Part shown: in pieces, positions 11,009 through 22,794 of the stretch
How the letters are laid out: each line of letters begins with the position of its first letter
How positions within the stretch are numbered: the first letter of the stretch is position 1
Assembly: GCA_910585375.1 (NCBI GenBank)
Contig: CAJUCZ010000002.1
Location: forward strand, 43,285 to 107,284
From: an uncultured Alphaproteobacteria bacterium
GTDB taxonomy: Bacteria > Pseudomonadota > Alphaproteobacteria > RF32 > CAG-239
Length of the DNA stretch: 64,000 nucleotides
Reading direction: 5' to 3'
Translations under genes and position numbers: made by a program
Notes under the pieces: generated by a model
Database searches by the model: none
What the model was told of the DNA's origin: nothing
The model's input: the letters and a program-made list of their open reading frames with translations, nothing else

Positions 11009-11323
11009 TTAAGCGTGAGAAGAAATCCAGGCTTCCAAAGAGGCTTTTGAATTTAATCCGACTTTGGTATCAACCTGCTTGCCGTCTTTGAACAAAAACA
11101 TTGTCGGAATACTGCGGATTCCGTATTGCGCGGCCGTATTCGGTGCTTCATCCACATTCATCTTGCAAATTTTTACAGTGTCGCCCATAGACTTGGAAAC
11201 CTCTTCCAAAATCGGACCGAGCTGACGGCAGGGACCGCACCATTCCGCCCAAAAATCTACCAGCACCAAACCTTTTGACTTCAAAACCTCAGCATCAAAC
11301 TGACTGTCGACTATAGACTGCAT
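11009..11323 (-). CDS. trxA: Thioredoxin
   Basis: WCGPC active site; 104 aa. Confidence 0.9.
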   Translation of the reverse strand: MQSIVDSQFDAEVLKSKGLVLVDFWAEWCGPCRQLGPILEEVSKSMGDTVKICKMNVDEAPNTAAQYGIRSIPTMFLFKDGKQVDTKVGLNSKASLEAWISSHA

Positions 11324-11413
11324 TAGACTTTCCTTTCTTCATATAGTTTTACGTTTCTTCTAATATAGTAAATCTTTTTTCAATATTAAAGAGGAATCGC
11401 ACAAAATTCAGAT

Positions 11414-14400
11414 TTATTCTGCCAACGGCATCAAATCGGCAGTATCTGTCCATAGAATCAGCGGAACAACCTCTTTTTCGGGATAAATTCGCGCCAGCAA
11501 ATCTTTATAAGCCTGCATCTGCTTTCGATAAGCCGAGGGAATATCTTTAACGGACTTTGCTGCCGGTCGGTTGGTTTTATAATCCACCAGCAACACTCTG
11601 TCTTTTTCAACAATCAGCCTGTCAACCTGTCCTGAAATAATCCGGCCGTTAACCTCGCCCATAATCGGAACCTCTGCTTTTGACTCGGCAGAAAAGACTG
11701 CCGAAAATTCCGGATTTTCCAACAGGCGCACGACCTCATCGGCAATTCTTAGTTTTTCCGCAGACGGCAAATCCGGCACATTTTTTTGCAAATAGTCATC
11801 AATAATGCCGCGTCCGTCTTTGGCATAAACCTCCGGCAAAAACTGCAAAAGTTTGTGAATAATCAATCCGCGTCGATACCGGCTTTTTCCATGGCTCCCG
11901 ATTGGCGATGCCAGTGCAGGCTCTTCCTCATCCTCTTCCAATTTTGACGGGCTCAGCGGCCTTGCCAGCGCACTTTCTGTTTCCGGTTTTTCCTTAAGCC
12001 AGACAGCAGTACATTCAGGATAATCCGGTTTCTCCGACATTTTTTTAGGCTTAGGCTCAAACGCCTGCGGACATTCATAGGCAATAATATCGTCCTGCTC
12101 CGCCGTCCCGATTTCCCGCAGCGATTTCTCACAAATTTTATACCATGATTCCTCATGCGGCTTAGAACGTTCACTGTTATAGTAGCCGCAAATTGCCAGC
12201 AAATCTTCCGCTCTGGTCAAAGCCACATACAAAAGCCGCCTATACTCACGCAAGGCATTCTGCTTTTCGGCTTCTTTTATTTTAATGCAGTTATCGTCAT
12301 AATCCTGCGATGACAGAGGATAGTAAAACAAATCATCCCACAACATGCCGCCGGAATTTTTTACGCTCACTACACGCCCCGTATCCGGCAAAATCACAAT
12401 CGGCGCCTGCAAACCTTTTGAACCGTGAACCGTCATAATGCGCACGGCATCGGCTTCACTCTGCTCCAGCTCGCGCTTAATCTCCACCTCACCGCCGCCG
12501 ATCCAGTCAATAAAACCTTGCAGCGTCGGAATATGCTCTTGCTCATAAGCAATTGTCAAATTCATAAATTCGTCCAGACCGTCTTCGGCCTCATACCCCA
12601 GCCGCGATATAAACTTTTTCCTGCCGTCCTGCCGATTCAAAACCTCGGCATAAATCTCAAACGGCCGCAAAAATCCGGCACGGGAACTCAGCTGCTGCAA
12701 ACGCTGATAAACATTTCCATAAGCCGCATCGTCTTTCAGCCGGCTCCACAAGCTCACGCCTTTGCCGCGCTCACAACACAGTTTTTCCAAATCTTTGTCA
12801 TCCAGCCCGAACAAAGGAGATTTTAAAACCTCGGCCAAAGTCAGATCATCTGTCGGCAATAACAAAAACTTGCCGAACGAAACCAAATCCTGTACCGCAA
12901 TCTGCTCCAAAAGTTTAATCTTGTCCACGCCGGCAATGCTGACACCGACACTTTTGCAAGCGCGTACCAACTCTTCCACAAAACGGTTGCGCCGTTGCAC
13001 CAAAATCATAAAATCCTTATACCTGACCGGCCGCTTTTGCGACTTCAGTTCCTGACCGTTTTCCACCATCTGCTTAATACGTCCGGCAATTTGTCCGGCC
13101 AGTCTTGAACTTGTCGTTTCCACACTCACGCGTTCCATTGACGGCAGCCAGACGTCTTTGTTCTCCCCCTCTTCCGGCTCGACCAGCGGCCAGAGTTCAA
13201 CCCGTCCGGCTTCTCCGGCCCGAAAAGGGATATGCGTGATATCCTCGCCGTCATCCGCCACGCCGTCACGCCCCGGAAGCTGGCGGAACACATGGTTTAC
13301 CGTTTCCAAAACGGCCGCAGTTGAACGGAAAGACACTTCCAAATTAACCACGTCAAAACCATCAGGCCTCTCTTGTCGCGCTAACTGCGAAAAATATTGC
13401 TGCATATCGGCAAAACCTTTTGGATCCGCCCCCTGAAAACTGTAAATTGACTGTTTTTTATCTCCGACCGCAAACACGGTCTTGCGCACGTTTCCAACAC
13501 CGGCATCATCAAAAAAATGCTGGGTTAACGCCCGTATAATCGCCCATTGGTCAGGAGAAGTATCCTGCGCCTCGTCAATCAGAATATTATCTATGCCGCC
13601 GTCCAGCTTAAACATTACCCATTGTGAAACGCCTTTGTTTTCAAGCAGCTGTCTGGTTGTTACAATCAAATCCTCATAATCCATTTTGGAACGGATTTTC
13701 TTAAAATGATTATAAGCCGAAATCAAATCTTCCGCCAAAAGCAAAACCGCTCTTGTGCTGTCCGCGAGCCTGACCGCCGCCAGTTTTTTCCTTAAATCGC
13801 AAAGTCTCTGGGCTTCTGCATAAAAAACTTCTTCAAAATCAGGATACGCCGCCAATACCGCTTTTGTCGCCGCTTTTGCCGGAAGCCCGCCGTCTTTGTT
13901 CAAAAAACACGCGGCATAATCGTCAAAATCTTCCGCCCGCAAAGGCTGTTCCAACAATCCGGCAAGCTTTTGGGCTTTTTCTTTCTCTTTAACCCCGCCG
14001 GACATCCAGCCCTGCATCAGCATAAACGCTTCTTCCCGTGCAAATCCTGTCACAAATTCTTTCTTAAGGGCCGTTTCGCTGCAATTCTCAGACAAGCCGA
14101 GCCGCCGCAAAAGCTCGGCCGCAATCGTATCAACATTTTGATACCGAGCCAACATTTGCGAAATCTTATTACGGTTGGCCGCAATCGTATTCATAATTTC
14201 GGGAAAAGAAAACTCGCTGACCTTTCTTGTCAGAAAACTCAACGCCCGTCCGGCAGGACTATCCGGCTCTTCTTCAATCTTTTTCAACAGACGGGATTGA
14301 ATTTCGGCCAGCGCTTCGGCAGCCGCACGGTCATCCATCACCTCAAAATAAGGAGAAATATGCGCCTCCAGCGGAAAACGTTTCAAAATCTCCTGACAAA

Positions 14401-14812
14401 AGGCATGAATTGTCTGAATTTTCATTCCCCCCGGCGTATCCAGCAAAACGGCAAACAGCCGCCGCGCCGCGGCTTCCAGCTTTTCCAGCCGCTCCCGATC
14501 TTCCGGCAGTTTTCCGAGTAAGGCTTCCAATTCCCCCAACAATTCCGGCTCCGGCATAACCGCCCACCTGCTCAGCCTTTCGGAAATGCGGCTGCTCATC
14601 TCAACAGCCGCCGCTTTTGTATAAGTCAGACATAAAATCCGCCCCGGATTGCCGCCGCCCAGCAAAATCCGCAACACCCTGTCTGAAAGAACCTTTGTTT
14701 TTCCTGTTCCGGCCGAAGCCTGTACCCATACCGATTTTTTCGGATTCGCCGCCCGCCGCTGTTGTTCTGTTGCCCGCCGGCTGCGGTTTTGTCTTTCCTG
14801 CTCAATCATCAT
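11414..14812 (-). CDS. addA: Double-strand break repair helicase-nuclease AddA (UvrD-like helicase plus C-terminal nuclease)
   Basis: 1132 aa with Walker A AGTGKT and UvrD-like motifs; immediately downstream of addB with an 11-nt overlap. Confidence 0.85.
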   Translation of the reverse strand: MMIEQERQNRSRRATEQQRRAANPKKSVWVQASAGTGKTKVLSDRVLRILLGGGNPGRILCLTYTKAAAVEMSSRISERLSRWAVMPEPELLGELEALLGKLPEDRERLEKLEAAARRLFAVLLDTPGGMKIQTIHAFCQEILKRFPLEAHISPYFEVMDDRAAAEALAEIQSRLLKKIEEEPDSPAGRALSFLTRKVSEFSFPEIMNTIAANRNKISQMLARYQNVDTIAAELLRRLGLSENCSETALKKEFVTGFAREEAFMLMQGWMSGGVKEKEKAQKLAGLLEQPLRAEDFDDYAACFLNKDGGLPAKAATKAVLAAYPDFEEVFYAEAQRLCDLRKKLAAVRLADSTRAVLLLAEDLISAYNHFKKIRSKMDYEDLIVTTRQLLENKGVSQWVMFKLDGGIDNILIDEAQDTSPDQWAIIRALTQHFFDDAGVGNVRKTVFAVGDKKQSIYSFQGADPKGFADMQQYFSQLARQERPDGFDVVNLEVSFRSTAAVLETVNHVFRQLPGRDGVADDGEDITHIPFRAGEAGRVELWPLVEPEEGENKDVWLPSMERVSVETTSSRLAGQIAGRIKQMVENGQELKSQKRPVRYKDFMILVQRRNRFVEELVRACKSVGVSIAGVDKIKLLEQIAVQDLVSFGKFLLLPTDDLTLAEVLKSPLFGLDDKDLEKLCCERGKGVSLWSRLKDDAAYGNVYQRLQQLSSRAGFLRPFEIYAEVLNRQDGRKKFISRLGYEAEDGLDEFMNLTIAYEQEHIPTLQGFIDWIGGGEVEIKRELEQSEADAVRIMTVHGSKGLQAPIVILPDTGRVVSVKNSGGMLWDDLFYYPLSSQDYDDNCIKIKEAEKQNALREYRRLLYVALTRAEDLLAICGYYNSERSKPHEESWYKICEKSLREIGTAEQDDIIAYECPQAFEPKPKKMSEKPDYPECTAVWLKEKPETESALARPLSPSKLEEDEEEPALASPIGSHGKSRYRRGLIIHKLLQFLPEVYAKDGRGIIDDYLQKNVPDLPSAEKLRIADEVVRLLENPEFSAVFSAESKAEVPIMGEVNGRIISGQVDRLIVEKDRVLLVDYKTNRPAAKSVKDIPSAYRKQMQAYKDLLARIYPEKEVVPLILWTDTADLMPLAE

Positions 14813-17681
14813 TGTCTTTCACCGACCATTCTTTAATCCGCGCCAAATGCTCATAATCCGAATACTCCGGAATATTCTTCGGATTCGGCTGGCATACATA
14901 AGCGGTAGTTTCAAATTCAAAACAGTTGATATATTCTCTGAGAATTTCCAGATTATCCTGCAAAACCTGCTTTATATCCTCGGAAATTTCCGTTTCCTGC
15001 CGTCCCAGTTGCCAATAAATCAGCTTCGCCGCTTCGCGGGCCGGAATTCCGGCAAAACCGCCGCCTTCGGCAATTAATCCCTCAATCGGCAGCTGGGGCG
15101 CTTTTCCGGTACAAACCTCCTTGACCTTGCGCGCTTTTCCGGTCTTATAGTCAATGATATTGATTTTTCCGTCCTTTGTCTCATCAACACGGTCGGCAAT
15201 CGCTTTCAGTGTAAAGTCCCGTCCTGCGGTTTTAATTGTCAAAGAGCCTGACACTTCGGTATGCACTCTGGCTATCTGTGGACGGTATTCTTTTTCCTGC
15301 TGCAAAAACCAATCAACCGATTTCTCAAAATTCGGCCACCAAAAAGCTCTGGTTTCCTGCGCGACCTTATTTTCGGAAAAATAATCCTCACCCAATTTAA
15401 GCAATTCCTCTCGGGCATTTTCGGGCAGTTGCTCCGGATATTTATTGTTAAATTCCTGCAAAACCGCATGAACAATTGTACCGTAATCAGAAAAATCAAG
15501 CTTTTCTTCTACCTCTTCCAACCGTTTGAGCTTTAAAATATAACGGGCATAAATCTCATAGGGATCGCGCATCCACTTCTCAATGGCACTTGCCGACAAG
15601 GCATTCGGCCGCAGCCTGATCTCCGGACGCGGTGCCGGCGGTTTTATGCTGATAACCTTTTCCGGCTTGTCCAACTGTTTTGCCCAATAGCCGTAAGGGC
15701 TGAGCTCTCTGTCCGCTACCTTTTGCCCGAGAGCCTTCAAAACGGTTTCCAACCGCAGCCACCAGCGCGATTTTACCATCGGCGTTCCCTGCACCCGTTC
15801 CGCCCGCGTTAAATAAACAGTTTCGCCGCAAAGCAGCCGGAAAAAATCCAACGCGGCAATCCCTATAGCCTTTTCCGGCAGAGGAAAACCAAAATCTTTT
15901 TTCATCGGCCGCGACATCCACGGATCGGAAGATGCCGTCTTCGGCCAAACACCTTCGTTGACTTCCCCGATAATCGTAACATCAAAACGGTTCAGCCGTG
16001 CTTCAATCGGTCCGAGAATTTTCAAACGCGGATGTCCGCCAAACTTCGGACGCACGTTCACACCACTCATTAAGGCATCCAACAATCCGCCGTATTCTTT
16101 TGTCTCTATCTCACCGAGCACCTCGGCATTCTCATATAAATCGGCAATAAACTGCGCGGCAGCCTCGCCGTCGTCTCCCTGCCATAAAACCTGTTCTCCG
16201 CTTTTCTGCGGTGTTCCGGCCAACAGTTCGGCCGTTTTAATGTGACAAGCCAGCAAATCTTTGAAAAGCACTTTATCATGCCGCAACAGCTCTGACAATT
16301 CCAGCAGATTGTCTGAAATTTCCTGCAAAAAGGCCCCGCAGGCATCAGCCTGACCGCCGGCTTTGCGCCACCATTTTTCCAAATCACGCACCCGCAGACG
16401 GATATCGGCGGCTTCCTGCCCCATTCTCAACAACGGATGTTTTAACAATGCCAAAAGTTTAAGACGCGATTCGCTCTCCGCCGCCTGCGCCGTCAACCGC
16501 AAAAATATGCCGACAGCCGTCAGACTGAGCGGACGTCCGGCAGAATCATCAACCGTCACATCCCAACGTTCCAACTCCGCCGACACCCGCCGTGCCAGAT
16601 TTCTGTCAGACGTCACCAAAGCCGCCGTTTTCTCTGGCGTTTCCAACACCTCACGCATAATCAGCGCAATAGCCAGCGCTTCTTCCCGCAAATCGCCGCA
16701 GTTAAGCAGATTGATGCCGTGCCACGCTGTCTCGTCAAAACCTTTCTGCCCGATTTCCAACCAGCGGTTGGTCACGCCCGCCGGTCTCATAACCTCAGAC
16801 GCAAAAGCCTCCCGTTCCCTGTTCTCCGGCGATAACACCTCGGTAACCAGTTCCCGCGGCATATCCAAATAATCAAGCAGCTGCTTCAATTCAAATTGCG
16901 GATGCGTTTCATCAAGAACCGCCCAACTCTCGTCATCAAGTTTTCTGTCCAGCGCCGAAAGCCACAATTCGCCATTTGGCAATTCCAACACGGTTTTGAC
17001 CATTTTTCTCATTAAAGGATAAGTCGCCGTCGTACCGGCAATCACAATCCTTTTTTCCGGCCGGTTGCGCTGCCAGATGTCACATTGCGCTTCCAACAGC
17101 CGGTTGCGGCGCGCCACCGGATCAATAACCTGTCTTTCTTCCAGAATCAGCGGCCAGAATTCGGTGATAATCTTCAAAAATCTGAGCGTTTCCTGCCAGT
17201 GTACGGCATAATCATCCGGCACCAGATCAGCCAGTCCGGCAAAATCAAGCTGTTCGTTCTCTGCCAGATCAATCAGTCCCGACAACTCCTGCGCCAGATA
17301 GCAAGCCTGATTCAACGACATTTTTTCCATACCGAAATCACCGGGCTTTGACATAATGATTTTAGTAAACAAAAGGCTGCGTTCCGTACTGCTGATTGCC
17401 GGAAACATTCCCGACAAATATTCCCTGCTGCCGCCGCCGGTTAAAAACAATTCGTCTTCTTCGGCTTCGCCCAACGGCATCATACGGGGCAAAAGCATCG
17501 GCGACATGCCTCCCGCCCGCACAAAAGCATCGGCCAGCGCTTTAACCGCACGCCGGTTCGGCAGCAAAAACAGCACATCGGCCAGAGCCTGCCGATTCTC
17601 CCGATACTCGTCCAAAAATTTCTGCGCCAGAACATCGGTAAAACCGCAACTGGCCGGAACACTGTAAATCTTCTTTTTCAT
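14802..17681 (-). CDS. addB: Double-strand break repair protein AddB
   Basis: 959 aa with a C-terminal PD-(D/E)XK-like DYKTGK motif; operon with addA. Confidence 0.75.
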   Translation of the reverse strand: MKKKIYSVPASCGFTDVLAQKFLDEYRENRQALADVLFLLPNRRAVKALADAFVRAGGMSPMLLPRMMPLGEAEEDELFLTGGGSREYLSGMFPAISSTERSLLFTKIIMSKPGDFGMEKMSLNQACYLAQELSGLIDLAENEQLDFAGLADLVPDDYAVHWQETLRFLKIITEFWPLILEERQVIDPVARRNRLLEAQCDIWQRNRPEKRIVIAGTTATYPLMRKMVKTVLELPNGELWLSALDRKLDDESWAVLDETHPQFELKQLLDYLDMPRELVTEVLSPENREREAFASEVMRPAGVTNRWLEIGQKGFDETAWHGINLLNCGDLREEALAIALIMREVLETPEKTAALVTSDRNLARRVSAELERWDVTVDDSAGRPLSLTAVGIFLRLTAQAAESESRLKLLALLKHPLLRMGQEAADIRLRVRDLEKWWRKAGGQADACGAFLQEISDNLLELSELLRHDKVLFKDLLACHIKTAELLAGTPQKSGEQVLWQGDDGEAAAQFIADLYENAEVLGEIETKEYGGLLDALMSGVNVRPKFGGHPRLKILGPIEARLNRFDVTIIGEVNEGVWPKTASSDPWMSRPMKKDFGFPLPEKAIGIAALDFFRLLCGETVYLTRAERVQGTPMVKSRWWLRLETVLKALGQKVADRELSPYGYWAKQLDKPEKVISIKPPAPRPEIRLRPNALSASAIEKWMRDPYEIYARYILKLKRLEEVEEKLDFSDYGTIVHAVLQEFNNKYPEQLPENAREELLKLGEDYFSENKVAQETRAFWWPNFEKSVDWFLQQEKEYRPQIARVHTEVSGSLTIKTAGRDFTLKAIADRVDETKDGKINIIDYKTGKARKVKEVCTGKAPQLPIEGLIAEGGGFAGIPAREAAKLIYWQLGRQETEISEDIKQVLQDNLEILREYINCFEFETTAYVCQPNPKNIPEYSDYEHLARIKEWSVKDNDD

Positions 17682-17828
17682 AACGGAAAGTTTAAGCCGG
17701 ATTCCCGATTAGTCAACAAAAAACCGGATTTTCCATAAACAACTGTGCAAGTTATCAAATTTTGCCAAATAAAGGGGTTGCCATTCCGAAAAGAATAGAA
17801 TAAAAGGAAAACAGATAAGGAAACTCAA

Positions 17829-18572
17829 GTGCAACAGAACTTCAAAGTAAATGACTATGAAAATAACCGTCTGCCCACCAAACTGGCGGCGCTTCGTATT
17901 GCCGGCGAATATTTGCAGACGCGGATTCGCAACGGTTCAAATCCCAAAATCATTTATGAACACGGAGTTCATGTATTTAACGTTGCCAAAATCGCCCGTG
18001 CCATTGCCCGTCAGACCGGCGGCAGCCTGAATCCGGAAAAAGCATACATCCTCGGACTGCTGCATGACGTTGGCCGGATTAAAGACGAGACTGTGACCAA
18101 AATTCCGCACGGCATTGAAGGCTTCCGCTATCTGACCCGCCTCGGTTATCCCGGCGTCGCACCTGTCTGTCTGACCCACAATTTTATTGACAAAGACATA
18201 AAAGCCGGCGACTACCCGACATACAGCCCGAAACTATTTGAGCAGACCAAACAGTTTTTATCTGAAATCGAATATAATGATTACGACCGCCTGATTCAGT
18301 TGGGAGACCTGTTTTCGCGCGGCAAAGAAATTTTGAGTATCCGCCAGCGTCTGGATAAAAATAAACAGTTTTACAAAATCAAAAACCTGTCTTATGAAGA
18401 CAAGGCCTTCGCCTTAAGAGATTATTTTGATGACAAATTCGGCATTGACGTTGAAAAAATCGTCGCCGACACCTTTGATTTGACCAAACATACCAAAGGC
18501 GCTGCAACTTTCTTCTTAATTCCGCCGCAATATGCTTATGCACCGCGCCGCAGTTTCAGCTTTGTAAAATAA
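17829..18572 (+). CDS. HD-domain phosphohydrolase (GTG start)
   Basis: LLHDVGR HD motif. Confidence 0.55.
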   Translation: MQQNFKVNDYENNRLPTKLAALRIAGEYLQTRIRNGSNPKIIYEHGVHVFNVAKIARAIARQTGGSLNPEKAYILGLLHDVGRIKDETVTKIPHGIEGFRYLTRLGYPGVAPVCLTHNFIDKDIKAGDYPTYSPKLFEQTKQFLSEIEYNDYDRLIQLGDLFSRGKEILSIRQRLDKNKQFYKIKNLSYEDKAFALRDYFDDKFGIDVEKIVADTFDLTKHTKGAATFFLIPPQYAYAPRRSFSFVK

Positions 18573-19273
18573 TCCTCAGCAACCGCTGTTGCTTCCGGAT
18601 TGCCGACATGAAACCATTTTCCCTGATGAATATGGTAACCCAAACGCTTTTCGCGTTCCAGCCGGTCAAAAATATCAATCAGCCAATAGCGCCCTTCAGG
18701 CTCGTTGTCAAACACCCGCGGATGAACAACCAATACCCCGCCGTACAAATAGGCAGCTTTTGCATCCCTGTCGCGGCGTCGTTCCAAAAAGCCGTCCGTA
18801 TTAATGTTATAATCGCCGTTTCTGGCCGTATCATAAGCATTTTCCAACGGCTGAAGCATCAGCATCATATCATGCTTATTCTCATCCCAAGCCGTTATCA
18901 TGTCTTTTATCAGGCAACGGCCGGCCGCTTCCGTCCATAAAGCATCGCTGTTAACCACCACAAAGGCTTCCCTTTTCATTTTGGGCAAAGCATGCTTGAT
19001 ACCGCCGCCGGTTTCCAGAGCCTCTGCTTCTTCTGAAAAAATAAAATTTAAACCGCCTTTTTGCTGCAAATGCTTTTTAATCATTTCGCCTTTATAACAC
19101 AAATTGACGACACAATCTTTGATTCCGGCATCCCGCAACCGCTCGACATTATAATCAATCAGCGCTTTTCCGGCAACCTCTACCAATGGTTTGGGCTTAT
19201 CATCCGTCAACTGCAGCATTCTTTTGCCGCGGCCGGCCGCCAAAATAAAAGCCTGTGTAATTTTTTCCGCCAT
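18536..19273 (-). CDS. Sugar-phosphate nucleotidyltransferase (MurU-like)
   Basis: N-terminal LAAGRGKRM nucleotidyltransferase signature. Convergently overlaps the HD gene by 37 nt. Confidence 0.6.
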   Translation of the reverse strand: MAEKITQAFILAAGRGKRMLQLTDDKPKPLVEVAGKALIDYNVERLRDAGIKDCVVNLCYKGEMIKKHLQQKGGLNFIFSEEAEALETGGGIKHALPKMKREAFVVVNSDALWTEAAGRCLIKDMITAWDENKHDMMLMLQPLENAYDTARNGDYNINTDGFLERRRDRDAKAAYLYGGVLVVHPRVFDNEPEGRYWLIDIFDRLEREKRLGYHIHQGKWFHVGNPEATAVAEDYFTKLKLRRGA

Positions 19274-19287
19274 TTCTCCGCCTTCCC

Positions 19288-19890
19288 TTATGCAAAACAG
19301 TCTTCTATCAGCTTTGCAAAAGCCCGCCCGCGATGAGAAACTTTGGCTTTTTCTTCCGGCGTGAAATTGGCAAAAGTCTTGTCAAAACCGTCCGGCATAA
19401 ATACCGGATCAAACCCGAAACCTTTATTTCCGCTCTTCTCCGGAACAATCCGTCCGTCTACCCGCCCTTCAAAAACTTTTGTTTCCTGCTCAGGCACGGC
19501 CAAAGCCAGCACACAGGAAAAATGCGCCGACCAGTTATCCGTCTTTTTTTCGTTCAATTCGCCGATCAGCTTGTCCATCGCCTTGTCAAAATTGCGTTTG
19601 CCGTCCGCATCTTTCGGCGCATATCGGGCCGAATAAACCCCCGGCCGCCCGTCCAGAGCATCAACGCACAAACCGGAATCATCTCCCAAACAGGGCAGAC
19701 CGGAAAATTTCGCCAGCGTTTCTGCCTTCAGGCGGGCATTTTCCTCAAAGGTCGTTCCGGTTTCTTCAACATCGGGCAAAGCCAAATCATCAGCCGACAC
19801 GACTTCAACGTCAAACCGTGCCAGCATATCTCTGATTTCAGCGACTTTTCCCTGATTATGCGAAGCAATAACAAGCTTTTGCAATCTCAT
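19288..19890 (-). CDS. rdgB: dITP/XTP pyrophosphatase (non-canonical purine NTP pyrophosphatase)
   Basis: Ham1 family; conserved rph-rdgB pairing. Confidence 0.85.
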   Translation of the reverse strand: MRLQKLVIASHNQGKVAEIRDMLARFDVEVVSADDLALPDVEETGTTFEENARLKAETLAKFSGLPCLGDDSGLCVDALDGRPGVYSARYAPKDADGKRNFDKAMDKLIGELNEKKTDNWSAHFSCVLALAVPEQETKVFEGRVDGRIVPEKSGNKGFGFDPVFMPDGFDKTFANFTPEEKAKVSHRGRAFAKLIEDCFA

Positions 19891-20622
19891 TTATTTTATC
19901 CCCAAAGCTTCTTTCTGTTTGGCAATCAGTTCGGCAATCCCTTTTTTGGCCAGCCCGAAAAGCTTGGCATACTGCTCTTCATCAAACGGTTTTTCTTCCG
20001 CCGTCCCCTGAATCTCCACAATCCTGCCGCTCTCTGTCAGCACAAAATTCATATCAGCCTGCGCCGAAGAATCTTCCAAATAATCAACATCCAAGATTTC
20101 TTCCCCGTTATGAATGGCACAGGACACGGCCGCAACAAACTCGCGAATGGGATTAACGACCAGCTTTCCGTCTTTGCGCAGTTTCTCAATTGCCAGATAC
20201 AAAGCCACAAAACCGCCGGTAATGGAAGCCGTTCGGGTGCCGCCGTCCGCCTGAATAACGTCACAGTCAATGCAAAAAGACATGTCTTTCAGCTTTTCCA
20301 GATCAACCACTGAACGCAAAGCCCTGCCGACCAAACGCTGGATTTCCTGTGTCCGTCCTGAGGGTTTTGTCGTCTCCCTTGCCACGCGGACCTGTGTCGA
20401 ACGCGGCAACATTCCGTACTCTGCGGTAATCCAGCCGCGGTTTTGTCCTTTCAGCCAGACCGGAACCTTATCCTGCACGCTGGCAGTACAAACCACATGA
20501 GTCCCGCCGCATTTAATCAGACAGGATCCCTCGGCATATGGATTAAAATTCGGAATAATTTCAACTTTTCTAATCTCGTCAAATTGTCTTTGTGAATGTC
20601 TCATTTTAATTTTCCGTCCCAT
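19891..20622 (-). CDS. rph: Ribonuclease PH
   Basis: 243 aa with RNase PH family motifs. Confidence 0.9.
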   Translation of the reverse strand: MGRKIKMRHSQRQFDEIRKVEIIPNFNPYAEGSCLIKCGGTHVVCTASVQDKVPVWLKGQNRGWITAEYGMLPRSTQVRVARETTKPSGRTQEIQRLVGRALRSVVDLEKLKDMSFCIDCDVIQADGGTRTASITGGFVALYLAIEKLRKDGKLVVNPIREFVAAVSCAIHNGEEILDVDYLEDSSAQADMNFVLTESGRIVEIQGTAEEKPFDEEQYAKLFGLAKKGIAELIAKQKEALGIK

Positions 20623-20627
20623 AACTG

Positions 20628-22652
20628 TTAAACAATTTTGCCGGTTTTGAACAGCTTGTAATATTTATAGACGCTGCCGTCTTCCACATCCCAGCTAAAA
20701 TCCTTTTCCATGGCACTGACAGCCATCTGTTCCAGTTTTTCCGGATTCTGCTCAAAAACTTTTGTGCTTTTTACCAACACCTCGGCAAAAGCCTCCACAT
20801 TATTTGTAAGTTTTCCGGCATCTGCGGAAGACCCGAAGACTTGCTCTTTTTCACCATAAAAGACCAAAGTCCTGAACCCGTCGGCACCGTCTTCAATCGT
20901 ATCGACCAGCCCGCCGGTTGACATAGCCGCCGGCAGCGTTCCCTTCGCCATTGCCTCCATCTGAGTCAGGCCGCAAGGCTCAAAACGGCAGGGCATCATA
21001 TAAAAATCACTCGCCAGCTGAATTGCATAAGCAAACTCGTCTTTATATCCGCGGAACACGAAAATTCGTCTGGCAGCCTCTGGATTTTTAGCAGCCACTT
21101 TATCTTTCAACTTTGTCAGATATTCAAAATATCGGGCATCGCCGGCACCGCCCAAAATCCAAATCGGAGCCTCTTTATATTTATATTCTTTCAAAAACTT
21201 CACAATCGCTTCGGCAGCAATATCGTAACCTTTTTGTTCAACCAAACGGCTTGTCGCACAAAACATCGGAACCGCATCTGATTTTTCCGCCAAATCGGAA
21301 ATATCTTCAAACTTATAAAAATTCACAAGCGGCAGCATTTTTTGCTTAAAATCGCCGTCTGTTGCCAATCTCGAAAGCAGTTTGATAAATTCTTTTTTAT
21401 TATGCTTTTTGACGGCAATATTCTTCTCATCATAAAATTCAAATTTCGTGCCGCCAAAATAATTGTTGATTCGCTCAATTTTATCGGCCAGCGGCGCAAT
21501 CAGTTTCTTGTCATATCCGTTAACGATGCCGAAAAAGTTTCCGTTTTTCTGACGTATGTCCAGCAGCTCGGCAAAATCATACCCGAACTCTTTTTTGGAA
21601 ACCTCCTGCGCATAGTTTTTTGAAACGGTCACCAACCGATCCGCCAACTGCAGATTACAACCGGCCTGATTATAAGTTGCATTCACGGCCAGCGTTTTTT
21701 CAATACGGGGATTGCCGTTCCAACATGCTGCGGCAGAAGAAACAACCGGTTTCACGGCATCTTCATACAAAGAGTTAAGGATTTTGACCGTATTTTTATA
21801 ATCCCACCCCTGATACCCCATATGATGGACCAGATGGATAATCGGAATATTGCAAATTCTGTCAGCCAGTGTTTTTTTCAAACGGCCTTTTTCTGCCAGA
21901 TAAGGGGCCAGATATTTGCACAAACCTGCCAAAGCGCCACTGTGCCAGTCATTGGCAATCAGAATATTGGGAACATTAAGGCCGGAAAGCTTTCCTTCCA
22001 GAATAGCTTTCAGCAAAACATAAACGCTCTTTGAAAAAAATGCAAAACGTTCAACCTCGTCAACACCTTGCTTGTTAAAGACATAACACCCGTCCTGACA
22101 ACCGGGATTCCGATAATCCGTTGCAATAGAAAAAAACCGCCGGTTAGCCAAAAAAATGTAATTGCAACGGCCGTCATCAGCGGTATAAATTTTAACTTTG
22201 AATTTGCGGACCACACGGTTTTTTCCGACAAAAGGAACATTAATCTCGCCGATCTTCAGAACATTGACCGAACGTCCCTCAGCACCGGTATAAACATTTT
22301 TGCGCAGACTTGCCTTTTTATGAGAAGTATCGCCTGTATAAAGCGGCGTAACGATGCTGATTTTATCGCCGCCTGAAGCAAAAACTCGGTTAAAAGCTTC
22401 CGGCAGTTCCGTTGCAACAACACCCAAACCGCCAACTTTCATAAACGTTGCCGTTTCGGAAGAAATCATCCATGCATCAACATTTTTTATTTCCGGCCAT
22501 TTTTTTTCAGACACACATTGCTCTTTTGCCGTATTTTTAATCCGTGTCTCGGCGGCATCGACACCATCCGGTATTTTTTTCAAATAGTCCCGATAATTAT
22601 ATTGTGACAATAACCTTAAACCTATTTTTCCTTCCACAGGCCTGTGCTTCAT
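20628..22652 (-). CDS. GT5-family glycogen/starch-synthase-like glycosyltransferase with insertions; start moved to the [11 protein letters not shown]
   Basis: [20 protein letters not shown] and FEPCGL motifs. The track N-terminal 71 aa translate an AT-rich divergent promoter region that overlaps grpE. Confidence 0.6.
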   Translation of the reverse strand: MKHRPVEGKIGLRLLSQYNYRDYLKKIPDGVDAAETRIKNTAKEQCVSEKKWPEIKNVDAWMISSETATFMKVGGLGVVATELPEAFNRVFASGGDKISIVTPLYTGDTSHKKASLRKNVYTGAEGRSVNVLKIGEINVPFVGKNRVVRKFKVKIYTADDGRCNYIFLANRRFFSIATDYRNPGCQDGCYVFNKQGVDEVERFAFFSKSVYVLLKAILEGKLSGLNVPNILIANDWHSGALAGLCKYLAPYLAEKGRLKKTLADRICNIPIIHLVHHMGYQGWDYKNTVKILNSLYEDAVKPVVSSAAACWNGNPRIEKTLAVNATYNQAGCNLQLADRLVTVSKNYAQEVSKKEFGYDFAELLDIRQKNGNFFGIVNGYDKKLIAPLADKIERINNYFGGTKFEFYDEKNIAVKKHNKKEFIKLLSRLATDGDFKQKMLPLVNFYKFEDISDLAEKSDAVPMFCATSRLVEQKGYDIAAEAIVKFLKEYKYKEAPIWILGGAGDARYFEYLTKLKDKVAAKNPEAARRIFVFRGYKDEFAYAIQLASDFYMMPCRFEPCGLTQMEAMAKGTLPAAMSTGGLVDTIEDGADGFRTLVFYGEKEQVFGSSADAGKLTNNVEAFAEVLVKSTKVFEQNPEKLEQMAVSAMEKDFSWDVEDGSVYKYYKLFKTGKIV

Positions 22653-22794
22653 TTCATACTCTTTCAACCCGGCAAGACAATGCAGTTTCTTACATATTTT
22701 CTGCAATAAAAGACTTCTGCTATTGACTTGTCTGCCAATAATTACTAAATAACTTATATATACAATCAATATCCTAAATTTTAAAGAGGAAAAG

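Noticed and set aside
11953-14559. Several + and minus strand track ORFs of 73-183 aa inside addA
   Set aside because: They are entirely contained within the 1132-aa AddA reading frame, which has clear helicase motifs. These are shadow ORFs.
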